IMG/VR virus record: IMGVR_UViG_3300034072_000758
Coordinates: 372,001 to 436,000 of that record
Reading direction: 5' to 3' (one strand)
Length of the DNA stretch: 64,000 nt
Shown: positions 9,808 to 20,106 of the stretch, piece by piece
Position numbering within the stretch: the first letter of the stretch is position 1
Layout of the letters: every line of letters starts with the position of its first letter
Notes under the pieces: generated by a model
The model's database searches: none
What the model saw: the letters and a program-made list of their open reading frames with translations, nothing else
Told to the model about the DNA's origin: nothing
Made by a program: the position numbers and the translations under genes

Positions 9808-10479
9808 ATGTCAGCAACAGCAACGCCCCCAACAAGACACTTGGCCCAATTGGTCAACACTGGCACACGAGTAGCTGTCGTCTACATGCAACTCCCTAAC
9901 GATCCAGAATATGCACTCGTTGTTGGTATCGATAGCCTTCCCCCGGTATTCCAAGACTTCATCACCGATCTTCTGCTGCGTGATGGTCAAAAGGTTACCA
10001 GTTTCGCTCAGACTCTTATGGGTCGTCAGATGCCGAACTCCACCAAGAGTGTTCTTCAAGGTCTCCATGAATCGGCTCTGCTTCAACGTGTGAGCGTTGA
10101 TAATGTCATGATGTTGCCGCGCGCCAACATGCCGATCCCTCTTCGTGCGATCCTCGAAGAAATGGGTAACTTGACCCGCACCGAGAACTCTACCAAGATC
10201 AACCAGTTCATGTTGAATGATCAGGTTGGTAAGTCTGAAAGCGCTAGGCAGCAAGCTAACGACTTTATTGCACAAGCTCAATTGCTCGAAGCCGATGCCC
10301 GCGCCTACCGCGAAAAGGCTTATGCTCTTTGGCCGGAACTGCGCCCAGCACCAGCCCCTATTTCCCAGCCGATTTCTGAAAGCGAGGTGTCTACGACAAC
10401 CACGGCGACGAAACGTGCGGCTCCAAAGGCCAAAGCTCCTGCCGCTAAGAAGAATACAAAGTCTAAAGTTGCCGGATAA
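9808..10479 (+). CDS. Hypothetical protein with basic low-complexity tail
   Basis: 223-aa ORF abutting the previous stop. Confidence 0.7.
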   Translation: MSATATPPTRHLAQLVNTGTRVAVVYMQLPNDPEYALVVGIDSLPPVFQDFITDLLLRDGQKVTSFAQTLMGRQMPNSTKSVLQGLHESALLQRVSVDNVMMLPRANMPIPLRAILEEMGNLTRTENSTKINQFMLNDQVGKSESARQQANDFIAQAQLLEADARAYREKAYALWPELRPAPAPISQPISESEVSTTTTATKRAAPKAKAPAAKKNTKSKVAG

Positions 10480-10513
10480 ATATGGTACTACTGGTTGAAA
10501 TACACCAGTAGTA

Positions 10514-10831
10514 TTGCAACATGGTATAGGGATTCAAATGGAAGATAAAAATTTTCTCAATCACATATTGGCGACCATGTACCCGTTGATCATAGATCAG
10601 AAATATGTAATTAGCGCTGACCTTACTGACTATACGGGGAAAAATATTATTCTTAGTGGTGACGACACTATGAAGCTTAAAGATAAGCGCTTCATGTCTC
10701 GTATTGATCGGATTGCTCTTACCGTCGATGTTCCGTTGCTGATGCGTGATTTTGTAAACAACTATATCACTCATATAGAAATGGAAGCTGACGATGACGA
10801 TGACGCATCAAGACCAACCTTACCTGAGTAG
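10514..10831 (+). CDS. Hypothetical protein
   Basis: ORF downstream of ATAAATA at 10476-10482. Confidence 0.55.
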   Translation: MQHGIGIQMEDKNFLNHILATMYPLIIDQKYVISADLTDYTGKNIILSGDDTMKLKDKRFMSRIDRIALTVDVPLLMRDFVNNYITHIEMEADDDDDASRPTLPE

Positions 10832-11192
10832 TGACGCACTTGATGCGAACCCTCATCTTTCAACCGATGTAGATGTGCTTCAAAGAGCAATAATTTCGCT
10901 CAAGAATGAAGTGGCTGAGTGGCGAAAGAAAGCTGCGGAAAACGATATAAACATAAACACTACATTAGAGCGTAAACTTAGTGAAAATCTCATGTTACTA
11001 AGAACGATTGGTGATGATTATCACGCCATTATAAATTATATGTGTTTGAAAGATATTGTAAAAGATAGCGAAGCTCTCCAAGCCCAATTCGATGAATTGT
11101 TTATTTGTTTGTCCCTCGTAATTTCTGAGGAAGACTACAATAAAAAATTGAAAGAGACCCGCCTAGAGTTATATAGTAAGGCTCGTAAGTAG
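10794..11192 (+). CDS. Hypothetical coiled-coil protein
   Basis: 132-aa ORF; start uncertain. Confidence 0.55.
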   Translation: MTMTHQDQPYLSSDALDANPHLSTDVDVLQRAIISLKNEVAEWRKKAAENDININTTLERKLSENLMLLRTIGDDYHAIINYMCLKDIVKDSEALQAQFDELFICLSLVISEEDYNKKLKETRLELYSKARK

Positions 11193-11211
11193 CGTAAAGA
11201 GTAAGCGTACA

Positions 11212-12210
11212 ATGACAAAAGCAAGTGAAATGATTGGCGATCCAAACGCCAGACTTATTCTCGACCACGGGTTTGTCCGTCTGGTTGATCATATGGGTAG
11301 CGACGGAGCCGTTGTCCAAGCCGCCCGAACCTCATATGGTGATGGTACTAAATCCGTATCCGCTGACACGGCCCTGATCCGTTATTTGATGCGTCACCAA
11401 CACACGTCTCCTTTTGAAATGTGTCAAGTGAAGCTTCATATCAAGATACCGATCTTCGTAATGCGTCAATTGGTTCGTCACCGCACAGCCTCACTGAATG
11501 AATATTCCGGTCGTTATTCTGTCATGACTGACGAGTTTTATGTGCCGGAAGATCATATGGTAAAGCCCCAGAGCCAAACCAATAACCAAGGCCGCGCCGG
11601 GGAACTTTCTGAAACAAATGTGGCTGGGGCGAAGTGGTTCATTCAGACAGCGAATGAAATGAGCTATGACATCTACAAGGCTCTCTTGGGACCAACGGAA
11701 GACACCGATAAGCGCGACGTGGTGTTTGATCCATATGACCCGAATGACCCGATGTTTGATCCCGATTTCAATGGCATCGCCCGCGAATTGGCCCGCACGG
11801 TTCTCCCGGTCAGTAATTACACCGAACTCTATTGGTGTCAAAATCTTCGCAATCTGTTCCATTTGATCAAACTGCGTTGGGATAAACATGCGCAGGAAGA
11901 AATTCGTATTTTGGCGAATGCTATCTATGATCTGGTTCTTCCTTTGTTCCCAGCCTCGGTCAAAGCATTTGATGATTATGTTCGTCTGGGTGTGTCTCTT
12001 TCCAGAATGGAAAAGGAAATCTTCGAGCGAATTATTGCTTCGACTGAATCCGCCAAGACTGTGTTCTCGCGCTGGTTGGTGGAAGCCGGTAGCGATAAAG
12101 TTTTCGCCGAGAAGAACGATCTTTCGGTTCGTGAATTGAAAGAGTTCGTTACTGAATGGAAGCTCCCGCTGTACGATGAAGCGGTAGAACATCTGGCCAC
12201 GCTGGCTTAA
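11212..12210 (+). CDS. thyX: Flavin-dependent thymidylate synthase
   Basis: RHRTASLNEYSGRY signature; HTSPFE; ELARTVLP. Confidence 0.97.
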   Translation: MTKASEMIGDPNARLILDHGFVRLVDHMGSDGAVVQAARTSYGDGTKSVSADTALIRYLMRHQHTSPFEMCQVKLHIKIPIFVMRQLVRHRTASLNEYSGRYSVMTDEFYVPEDHMVKPQSQTNNQGRAGELSETNVAGAKWFIQTANEMSYDIYKALLGPTEDTDKRDVVFDPYDPNDPMFDPDFNGIARELARTVLPVSNYTELYWCQNLRNLFHLIKLRWDKHAQEEIRILANAIYDLVLPLFPASVKAFDDYVRLGVSLSRMEKEIFERIIASTESAKTVFSRWLVEAGSDKVFAEKNDLSVRELKEFVTEWKLPLYDEAVEHLATLA

Positions 12211-12220
12211 TATAAAAAAG

Positions 12221-12242
12221 AAGGGGCCGAAAGGCCCCTTTT
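12221..12242 (+). terminator. Intrinsic terminator
   Basis: AAGGGGCC-GAAA-GGCCCCTTTT. Confidence 0.85.
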
Positions 12243-12408
12243 CAGTCGAAGTCGTAAGCAAAAAAGCAAGATCACAAGCAATCTTGTATTCGTATCCTAC
12301 CCGACATCGAAAAATAGTCAACTGAGAAAATACATTTAAATTGATTTTCTTTGTTCGACTCCGTTAATGTGGATTAACCATAATTCTTAAAAGAAGGATG
12401 AAAAGAAA

Positions 12409-12717
12409 ATGGCTCGCAAGAAGAAAGAAAAGATCAACGAGGTTAAGGAAATCCTGACCCCCGAAGATACCCGTCGCCTGAATGAGTACGTGGACGCTTC
12501 TCTGGCAATGTTCCTCGAAATTGACGACCGCAAGGAAGCTCAAACCGAGTTAGCTCAAAAGCTGGCCGAAGATTTCGGCTGGGAAAAGTCGGAAGTGATG
12601 GAAATCGCCAAGACCGCTTACAAGGGTTCCCTGCGTGACAAGGAACAAAAGATGGATCGTGTTCGCACGGCTCTGGAAGCTATTGGTCGCGGTTACGACT
12701 CCGAACAAGCCAACTAA
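12409..12717 (+). CDS. DsbA/GapR-like small DNA-binding protein
   Basis: Helical 102-aa protein (E..D.K....A.....ED.G.....V..IAK) directly upstream of the polymerase. Confidence 0.5.
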   Translation: MARKKKEKINEVKEILTPEDTRRLNEYVDASLAMFLEIDDRKEAQTELAQKLAEDFGWEKSEVMEIAKTAYKGSLRDKEQKMDRVRTALEAIGRGYDSEQAN

Positions 12718-12752
12718 ATATAACCCCATAACCGGACAGGTGGAATTTAAAT

Positions 12753-15524
12753 ATGTATGTTGACGCACTTTTTGATAGAAAAACCGATACTATTCTCGTA
12801 GCAGAGAGAGTAAATGGGGTGCGTGAGTTTGTTGAATACAGACCAGAACATACTCTTTATTATTACCATCCGTCCGGTTCTTCTCGATCCATCTTTGGTG
12901 ATCCACTTAAAAAGTTTGTCACCAACGATATGTTCAAGTTCAATAATGAACTGAAACGTCTACAAGACAAAGGCACCCAGATTTTCGAATCGGACGTGAA
13001 CCCGGTGTTCCGTTCTTTGGGTAAACACTACAAGGGCGTGGACTCTCCTGTCCTGAACGTTGCGTTTTTCGATATTGAGACCGACTTTCACAAGGAACGC
13101 GGGTTCGCCGACCCGAAAGACCCGTTCAATGCCGTTACCGCTATTACGGTCTATTTCAGCCATACCGAAAAGATGCACACGCTCGTGCTCAAGCCGCCCA
13201 CGGTCGATACCGAAGAGGCGTTCAAAATCTGTGCTGATTTTGAAGATACCGAGCTATACATCAACGAAGTCGATCTCTTGAAACGCTTTTTGGAAATGAT
13301 CGATGATGTTGACGTATTCACCGGCTGGAACTCTGAGACTTACGATATTCCATACACAGTAAACCGCATAGAGCGCCTTCTAGGTAAGGAAGCTCTCGCG
13401 GCCCTGTGTCTATGGGATAAGCTTCCGCGCGAACGCATTGTTATGAAGTTCAACAAGGAATATCAAACCTTTGATTTCCCCGGTCGCCCGCACTTAGATT
13501 ATCTGGAACTTTATAAGAAACATAACCCCCAACAGCTTCACAGCTATAAGCTGGATTTCGTATCCGAACATGAAGTTGGCGCGAACAAGACCAAATACAC
13601 CGGTACTCTGGATGATCTTTACAAAAAAGATTTTCGTCTGTTCATCGAATATAACAGAACTGACGTTGGCCTTCTTGTAAAGATCGATAAGAAGAAGAAA
13701 TTCTTGGACTTGGCCAACCAAGTCGCTCACGACAATGGTGTCGTTCTCCGCACGACTATGGGTTCGGTGGCGCTGGTCGAACAGGCTATTTTAAACGAGA
13801 TTCACGAAATGGGTCTCGTAGCACCAAATCGCCGCGTTGAAGAGGAAGAAATCGAAGACCTGTCCGATGATACGGATGGCTTCTACGACGATGAAGATGA
13901 TGATGACGGTGAAGACGATGGCAAGAAGCCGGTCGTTGGCGCTTATGTCGCGGTCCCGAAAGTTGGTATTCAAACCGACATCGGATGTATCGACATTAAT
14001 TCCCTGTATCCGTCTTGTATTCGCGCTTTGAATATGAGTCCTGAGACTCTGGCTGGACAGTTTATTCCGACTTATACGGACGCTTTTATCAATGAGCGTC
14101 TTGCTGTTCTACCTAAGAACAAGAAAGCCGACGCATGGGAAGGCGTGTTCTTCTGTAAAGAATACGGGCTGATCATGGATGAAGATACCGAGCATCCGAT
14201 CACGTTGGAAGCTCTGGATGGTCGTCATATCACGAAGACTGGTAAAGAGTGGTATGAGTTCATCTTTAATCCAGCCAACCATGTTTGTATCACTGCTAAC
14301 GGAACCTTGTTCAAAACGGACAAGGATGGGATCATCCCTGCCCTTTTGGCTCGCTGGTATTCCCAGCGTAAAGAGATGCAAAAGAATGAGCGTAAGTATA
14401 CGGACCTTCTTAAAGACCCGGATTTAGGTGAAGATCAGCGCAAGGAATACAAATTCCTCGAAGGTTTCTGGAACCAGCGCCAACAAGCACGTAAGATTTT
14501 GCTCAACTCCCTGTACGGCGCTCTGTTGAATGAAGGTCTGCGTTTCTATGACGCTCGTTTGGGTAAATCTGTTACTCTGACTGGACGTTCTATTGTCAAG
14601 CATATGAACTCCAAGATCAATGAAATCATTACCGGTGTATACGACTACAAGGGTGATGCGATCTTCTATTCAGATACCGACTCGTCATATTTCTCTGCCT
14701 ATCATTTCCGTGATCAATATCTTCCGTTGGAATGGAACCGAGATAACGTCATCGACATCTACGACATGATCTCGGATATGGTCAACGAGAGCTTTCCGGG
14801 TTTCATGAACAAGGCTTTCAACACCTCTATGGAGCGTGGTGGAGTTATTAAGGGTGGCCGCGAACTGGTGGCATCGAAGACGTTGTTCATTCGTAAGAAG
14901 AAGTATGCGGCCCTTATGTACGACAAAGAAGGGGATCGCTACGACCTTGACGGCAAGCCGGGTAAGCTGAAAGCGATGGGTCTTGATCTAAAGCGCGCCG
15001 ACACGCCGAGCTATATGCAAGACTTCCTCAAGGACATCCTAATGGGCGTCTTGACCGATACACCGATTGACGATCTGTACGAGCGCACCAAGCGATTCCG
15101 CGAAGAGTTCGTGGATAAGGACGGTTGGGAAAAAGGAACGCCCAAGGCAATCAAATCTTTCTCGGACTTCCTGAAACGCTTTGAAACGGGCGACACATCT
15201 AAAACAATTCCCGGCCACGTCCGCGCTGGGATCAATTGGAATCGCATGTGTGATGTTTATGATGATCGTTTTGCCATGCGTTGTACGGATGGCACCAAAG
15301 TTATCATGTGTGCGCTGAAAAAGAATGCTTTGGGTATGGAGCGTATCGCTTATCCGATTGACGAACCGCATTTACCAGACTGGTTCAAGGAGCTTCCATT
15401 TGATCATGAGGCGATGGAAGAAACCATTATCGATAAGAAACTCGATAACCTGATTGGTGTTCTTGAGTGGGACATCAATAAAACTAAGAATTTCATGGCC
15501 GAAGACCTGTTCGTGTTTGAATAA
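12753..15524 (+). CDS. Family B DNA polymerase (T4 gp43-like)
   Basis: ExoI FDIET; motif A DINSLYPS; motif B KILLNSLYG; motif C YSDTDS; KKKYA; acidic insertion before motif A. Confidence 0.97.
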   Translation: MYVDALFDRKTDTILVAERVNGVREFVEYRPEHTLYYYHPSGSSRSIFGDPLKKFVTNDMFKFNNELKRLQDKGTQIFESDVNPVFRSLGKHYKGVDSPVLNVAFFDIETDFHKERGFADPKDPFNAVTAITVYFSHTEKMHTLVLKPPTVDTEEAFKICADFEDTELYINEVDLLKRFLEMIDDVDVFTGWNSETYDIPYTVNRIERLLGKEALAALCLWDKLPRERIVMKFNKEYQTFDFPGRPHLDYLELYKKHNPQQLHSYKLDFVSEHEVGANKTKYTGTLDDLYKKDFRLFIEYNRTDVGLLVKIDKKKKFLDLANQVAHDNGVVLRTTMGSVALVEQAILNEIHEMGLVAPNRRVEEEEIEDLSDDTDGFYDDEDDDDGEDDGKKPVVGAYVAVPKVGIQTDIGCIDINSLYPSCIRALNMSPETLAGQFIPTYTDAFINERLAVLPKNKKADAWEGVFFCKEYGLIMDEDTEHPITLEALDGRHITKTGKEWYEFIFNPANHVCITANGTLFKTDKDGIIPALLARWYSQRKEMQKNERKYTDLLKDPDLGEDQRKEYKFLEGFWNQRQQARKILLNSLYGALLNEGLRFYDARLGKSVTLTGRSIVKHMNSKINEIITGVYDYKGDAIFYSDTDSSYFSAYHFRDQYLPLEWNRDNVIDIYDMISDMVNESFPGFMNKAFNTSMERGGVIKGGRELVASKTLFIRKKKYAALMYDKEGDRYDLDGKPGKLKAMGLDLKRADTPSYMQDFLKDILMGVLTDTPIDDLYERTKRFREEFVDKDGWEKGTPKAIKSFSDFLKRFETGDTSKTIPGHVRAGINWNRMCDVYDDRFAMRCTDGTKVIMCALKKNALGMERIAYPIDEPHLPDWFKELPFDHEAMEETIIDKKLDNLIGVLEWDINKTKNFMAEDLFVFE

Positions 15525-15580
15525 AATTGAAAAACCCGCAGTTATCTGCTAGTTTTTCTTTCGTGAGGTAAATAAAAAGT

Positions 15581-16312
15581 ATGCGTAACCAGTTGTTAGA
15601 TGTGCTCTCAAAGACAGCAAGACTCTTTGATGCTTTGAAATTCACAGTAAGTGGAGATCGTGAGATCACCATTATTGGTTGGGACACATCCCAACACCTT
15701 TTCGTTGTTGGTACATTGACCAATGATGTTCCTGAGTTTGCTGGTGATTTTGCGATCACCAACCTGAAACTCTTGGATGGTCTGTTGAATTTCCCCAACT
15801 ACAAGACTGATGACGCTGTTATCACTGCCAAGAAGCGCGAAATAGATGGTTCAACAACTATCGAGTCTTTGGAGTTCAGGAATCCAAAGACTAAAAACTT
15901 CTCGGATTTTCGTCTGAGAAACACGAAGCTGATGAAAACGCCAAAGATCGTGAAGCCCGATTGGGATGTCACGGTAACTCTGGATGCCGGTAAGCTGGCT
16001 GAGTTTGAAAAATTGGTTTCGCTGTACAAAGAGTTCGATAAAGACTTTGGCCTCCATATAAAAGATGGCGACCTCTATGCGACGATTGGCACACAATCCA
16101 GCGCCACCCAAAGCACACAAATGGTTTTGGTCGAAGGTGTGGATTCCGAACTCCGTTCTGGCTTGGTTTGGAGCATGGCTATGTTCCAAGCTGTTATCGG
16201 TCAGGTCGGCAAGACCCCCACCATTAAAGTAGCTCGTGGTGGCGTCATGTCCATTTCCACGAAATCCGAACATGGGGTCTACGAATATCTAATCAGAGCA
16301 AAGAGAGTATAA
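15581..16312 (+). CDS. Sliding clamp (gp45-like)
   Basis: 243 aa, DFAITNLKLLDGLL pattern, immediately after the polymerase. Confidence 0.6.
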   Translation: MRNQLLDVLSKTARLFDALKFTVSGDREITIIGWDTSQHLFVVGTLTNDVPEFAGDFAITNLKLLDGLLNFPNYKTDDAVITAKKREIDGSTTIESLEFRNPKTKNFSDFRLRNTKLMKTPKIVKPDWDVTVTLDAGKLAEFEKLVSLYKEFDKDFGLHIKDGDLYATIGTQSSATQSTQMVLVEGVDSELRSGLVWSMAMFQAVIGQVGKTPTIKVARGGVMSISTKSEHGVYEYLIRAKRV

Positions 16313-16318
16313 AATATA

Positions 16319-16864
16319 ATGTTTAAAATACCATTTAAATGGCTCCCAGCCGCATGGGGATTGAAAGGTAAGGCTTATAAGCAAGCCGAAGCCTATTACA
16401 ATTTCAAAGAGGGCGAAACTCTCGACCGTAAACTACTCGATATTGAGTTTGACGGTCAACCGCCAGAAGAGAAAGTTCTGGCACTAGACAAGAAGTATGG
16501 AAAGCTTTCGAGCTACGATTACGATCTTGAATTGATCGAGCAACAAGACTTGGACCTCGATAGTAAAAACCTTGCTATTCTCGAAGTGAAGAAGAAGCAC
16601 GGTAAAATTCAAGACTTTGAGTATCGCCGAGACAAAGCTGAAATTGAACAAGAGCCTTGGGTTGACATCATCGATCACGGTTTCGACCCGGAGCAAATGA
16701 TCAACGGTTTCTATATGTCGTTTGCTTGGAACTCTCATTGGATCGATCTTTTGAGACGCCACGGATACAACGGAAAGACCGAAGAAGAAATTATCGACCA
16801 GTGGTACACCGATGTGTGTAACAGTCAGGTCCAAAGCGTTTTAGACGGAAAAGAAGACGAGTAA
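16319..16864 (+). CDS. Conserved hypothetical protein
   Basis: 181-aa ORF in the replication operon. Confidence 0.65.
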   Translation: MFKIPFKWLPAAWGLKGKAYKQAEAYYNFKEGETLDRKLLDIEFDGQPPEEKVLALDKKYGKLSSYDYDLELIEQQDLDLDSKNLAILEVKKKHGKIQDFEYRRDKAEIEQEPWVDIIDHGFDPEQMINGFYMSFAWNSHWIDLLRRHGYNGKTEEEIIDQWYTDVCNSQVQSVLDGKEDE

Positions 16865-17979
16865 TGACTACCTACGCTATAGTTGACGTTGCTAACCTGT
16901 TTCATCGGGCCAGACATGCGGTGCGAGGCGACACGTTCACCAAAGCCGGAATGACCCTGAATATTATTTTCAGAAGCATCAAGAAACTATATCGTGACTT
17001 CAATGCCGATCACGTGGTTCTGTGTGCGGAAGGTCGTAGCTGGCGTTATGACCTTTTCCCAGAATACAAGATCAAGAGTAAGTTGAAGCGCATTAATCTG
17101 GATGCCAACGACAAAGAAGAAGAACAGATTTTCTACGACACAATGAATGAGTTCATTGAGTTTATGAGAACCCAATCTCGTTGTACAGTCCTTCAAGCCC
17201 AAGGCGTCGAAGGCGATGATTTCATGGCGCGCTGGACCCAACTTCACCCGGAAGATAATCATATCATATTGTCCGGCGATAACGATTTCCTTCAATTGGT
17301 ATCCGATAATGTTTCTCTCTATAACGGGATGGAAAATTACCATATAACCAGCAAGGGTGTGTTCAATGAAAAGCAACAGGAAATGTATTTCCTGATTTCG
17401 CCATCAGACGGTAAGCTGAAAGTAAAAGGCACCGTTGAGGACGTGCGTAAAAAGCATGAAAAGGACGAAAAAGCCAAGGTGAAAGCTGACCCCAATTATG
17501 AACCCACCCCATTTGAGTTCGCTCCCGAAAAAGAATGGTGGAAGAAAGCCCTATTCTTGAAGATCATTCGTGGTGATGCCAGTGATGGCATATTCTCAGC
17601 CTACCCCGGTGTTCGATATAATGGTTCCTCGAAGCGCGTGGGTATTCACGAAGCTTGGGAGGATCGTGAAGCCCAAGGATACGCATGGAATAACTTCATG
17701 CTCTCGACTTGGGAAAAGGCCGAATATGGTGGTGAAACCAAGACGGTTACAGTCAAGGAAGAGTTCGCGTTTAACGAAATGCTTATCGATTTGACTAAGC
17801 AACCTGATAACATCAAAGAGATCATGGATCACGCGATCATCCAAGCGGTCAATAAGCCAACGGTTTCTATGGTTGGAATCAATTTCACCCGTTTCTGTAA
17901 GAAGCATGAACTCCCGCTCTTGTCTAAGGAATCGGATTTCCACGCTCAATATCTGGGGGCTGGATATGGCCGCAATTAA
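16864..17979 (+). CDS. RNase H / 5'-3' exonuclease (T4 rnh-like)
   Basis: N-terminal IVDVANL, EGDD, SGDNDFLQL and IRGDASDGI motifs of the 5' nuclease family. Confidence 0.9.
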   Translation: MTTYAIVDVANLFHRARHAVRGDTFTKAGMTLNIIFRSIKKLYRDFNADHVVLCAEGRSWRYDLFPEYKIKSKLKRINLDANDKEEEQIFYDTMNEFIEFMRTQSRCTVLQAQGVEGDDFMARWTQLHPEDNHIILSGDNDFLQLVSDNVSLYNGMENYHITSKGVFNEKQQEMYFLISPSDGKLKVKGTVEDVRKKHEKDEKAKVKADPNYEPTPFEFAPEKEWWKKALFLKIIRGDASDGIFSAYPGVRYNGSSKRVGIHEAWEDREAQGYAWNNFMLSTWEKAEYGGETKTVTVKEEFAFNEMLIDLTKQPDNIKEIMDHAIIQAVNKPTVSMVGINFTRFCKKHELPLLSKESDFHAQYLGAGYGRN

Positions 17980-18175
17980 AGACTTTTCAGCCAAGGTGAA
18001 AAAAGCCAATCTTATTGGCTCCAATGAGATCAGGCTTTCGACTAAGGAAGCCATCGATCTCGTTACGGACATTAATGCGGTCCTTGCCGACTTAGCCGAA
18101 CTCTCTCGTAAGCTACAGGCCACAGAGAAGCTTCTGGGGGCCGAAATCATCATGGATGGTGGTGAATTTGAGTGA
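17966..18175 (+). CDS. Hypothetical protein
   Basis: 69-aa ORF from ATG 17966 overlapping the upstream gene end. Confidence 0.55.
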   Translation: MAAIKDFSAKVKKANLIGSNEIRLSTKEAIDLVTDINAVLADLAELSRKLQATEKLLGAEIIMDGGEFE

Positions 18176-18503
18176 CGCGCCTTTGAGGACGGCTTTGGCC
18201 GCTACTATCGATGGTTTGTGGGAAATCACCACGGCTGTTGTGGATACCGATCCCAACAAAGACACAAATGTATCCCATCTGCGATGGATGTTGGAAACCC
18301 TTGAAGAGAACATAAACGATTATCCCACCGATAAGATTAGTCGATGGATCGGATACGTTCAAGGTGTCATGGCTATGAAGGGTTTGATCAGCGTGAAAGC
18401 CGAGCGGGATAGAACCCGCCCGTTATTTCATGATGCATATTCGGCAATGGGACAGTCAATCCCGCCTACACTCTCGAATAAAACTGAGGATCACGAACGT
18501 TAA
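18156..18503 (+). CDS. Hypothetical protein
   Basis: 115-aa ORF; KISRWIGYVQG motif. Confidence 0.55.
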   Translation: MVVNLSDAPLRTALAATIDGLWEITTAVVDTDPNKDTNVSHLRWMLETLEENINDYPTDKISRWIGYVQGVMAMKGLISVKAERDRTRPLFHDAYSAMGQSIPPTLSNKTEDHER

Positions 18504-19392
18504 GGGCGATCAGTCGCAGCCAGTTCGGCGAATTGCGAAGATCAAACGAGTTCTGAACCAGACGGATAGTCACCGGCTTGGTGAGAATACCATTGCGTTC
18601 CAACTCGCGGATAACTTCGATCACTTCATGCTTTTGCTGATCCGTGAGATTGGACTTGATGTGATCCTTGATCTGATCGATATAGCCTAACATTTCTTGG
18701 TTCGTGAACCAAAGATCGATAGTATAGGCGCGCGAAACAACGGCGCTGTCCCATTGAGACAGACGGCGATTTGAAATGAAGATGATCCTTCCCGAATAAT
18801 CGATCTTGTTAGGAAGATGGGCGCAGACGTAGGAATAGACCGCCATTTTTTTGATAGGATCGATATGGCTGTCGTCGCTGAAATCGTCAACTTCGCAATA
18901 GTCCTTCGGCGTCTTATAAGACGTATAAGGCAGGAAACGTTCAATATCTTCGAGTGTGGGAACGTTGCGAAGAATACGGGACATGGATTCGACCCAAATC
19001 TTGCGCTCGTCCGGGGTCATGACCGCTGTGTTGAACGACCGGGCGGTGTCATAAGAGACTTGTTTGACTTCGCCGGTATTGAGAGCGCCTTTGAGGATGT
19101 TGATACCGTTGGCATCATCGATCACAGCATCACAATCATCGAATACCAGAAGGCCGTCGAGATTTTCCACGAGCTTGCGATACAGAGACGCGACGGTGAT
19201 GTTACCAGTGGCCGAACAGAAGTCGATACCTTCCTTAAGACCAAGTTCCTCGATCTTCTTGAAAACGTGGTGGGATTTACCGCAGCCGGGAGCACCGGTA
19301 ACGATCAGAGACTTCGTATTCATAGTCTTTCCGCCAGCGATCAGTTCAACGTAATCGTTGAGAATATCGTACTGCTGGTTCATATCGCGCAT
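18466..19392 (-). CDS. P-loop ATPase (AAA-like)
   Basis: Walker A GAPGCGKS, Walker B LLVFDDCD, IIFISN sensor; GGAG RBS before ATG 19392. Confidence 0.85.
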   Translation of the reverse strand: MRDMNQQYDILNDYVELIAGGKTMNTKSLIVTGAPGCGKSHHVFKKIEELGLKEGIDFCSATGNITVASLYRKLVENLDGLLVFDDCDAVIDDANGINILKGALNTGEVKQVSYDTARSFNTAVMTPDERKIWVESMSRILRNVPTLEDIERFLPYTSYKTPKDYCEVDDFSDDSHIDPIKKMAVYSYVCAHLPNKIDYSGRIIFISNRRLSQWDSAVVSRAYTIDLWFTNQEMLGYIDQIKDHIKSNLTDQQKHEVIEVIRELERNGILTKPVTIRLVQNSFDLRNSPNWLRLIALNVRDPQFYSRV

Positions 19393-19455
19393 TCGAAGTC
19401 TCCTATATTTTGTATTACTCAACTCTACTATAAATCCAATAAATGTCAATGTATG

Positions 19456-19484
19456 TTGACAGCATAAAAACAAAATATTATACT
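19456..19484 (+). promoter_or_regulatory. Sigma70-type promoter
   Basis: TTGACA-17-TATACT; predicted start site coincides with ATG 19491. Confidence 0.75.
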
Positions 19485-19490
19485 GCGCCT

Positions 19491-20051
19491 ATGAAAATGA
19501 TAGATAGTGAAAATCCCGCATCTGTAAAATTACAGAAAGACGCATTTGAGTTCGCTGCGACCGCGCACCGTTCGATTAATCAACTGCGTAAGTATACCCA
19601 GACGCCGTATGAAGGTCATCCCTTTGCGGTGGGTCAAATGCTGATCAATCTGGTTCCAGAAGCAACACCGGAAGATGTCGCATCCGCGTATTTACATGAC
19701 GTGGTTGAAGATACTCCCGTGAAGATCGAAGAAATCTATGAGAAGTTTGGTCCGGTGGTTGGACAAAACGTTGATGGCTTGACTGACGTAAGCAAGCCAG
19801 AAGACGGCAACCGCAAATTCCGTAAGGAAATGGACAAAGAACATACTCTGGAACAACCAGTCAATGTTCTGAACATCAAGCTGGTGGACTTTCTTCATAA
19901 CCAAGAGAGTATCTTGGAATATGACCCGGACTTTGCGACCGTGTGGTGTCGTGAAAAGGCCAAGATTATCTTCGATCCGAGGATGGATAAGGCGTCTCCG
20001 GTCCTTCTGGAAAAGGCTCGTAACGCATTCAGGTCGTGGTACAAAGCTTGA
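19491..20051 (+). CDS. HD-domain small alarmone hydrolase (RelA/SpoT/Mesh1-like)
   Basis: AFEFAATAH...Q.RK....PY..HP..V...LHDVVEDT...KLVDFLHN. Confidence 0.85.
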   Translation: MKMIDSENPASVKLQKDAFEFAATAHRSINQLRKYTQTPYEGHPFAVGQMLINLVPEATPEDVASAYLHDVVEDTPVKIEEIYEKFGPVVGQNVDGLTDVSKPEDGNRKFRKEMDKEHTLEQPVNVLNIKLVDFLHNQESILEYDPDFATVWCREKAKIIFDPRMDKASPVLLEKARNAFRSWYKA

Positions 20052-20106
20052 CAATACTTTGATCCTATACTATAAGTGTGGGGAAACTAATATAAAGGGA
20101 CATTTT

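Noticed and set aside
11491-12321. 276-aa antisense ORF over thyX, and similar antisense ORFs over the ATPases (18817-19467, 40464-41297) and 60131-60937
   Set aside because: Fully nested opposite well-supported genes; typical antisense shadows
12753-15524. Intein or intron in the polymerase (acidic insertion around 13840-13925)
   Set aside because: The insertion is a short D/E-rich low-complexity loop with no Hint or homing-endonuclease motifs; the reading frame is continuous
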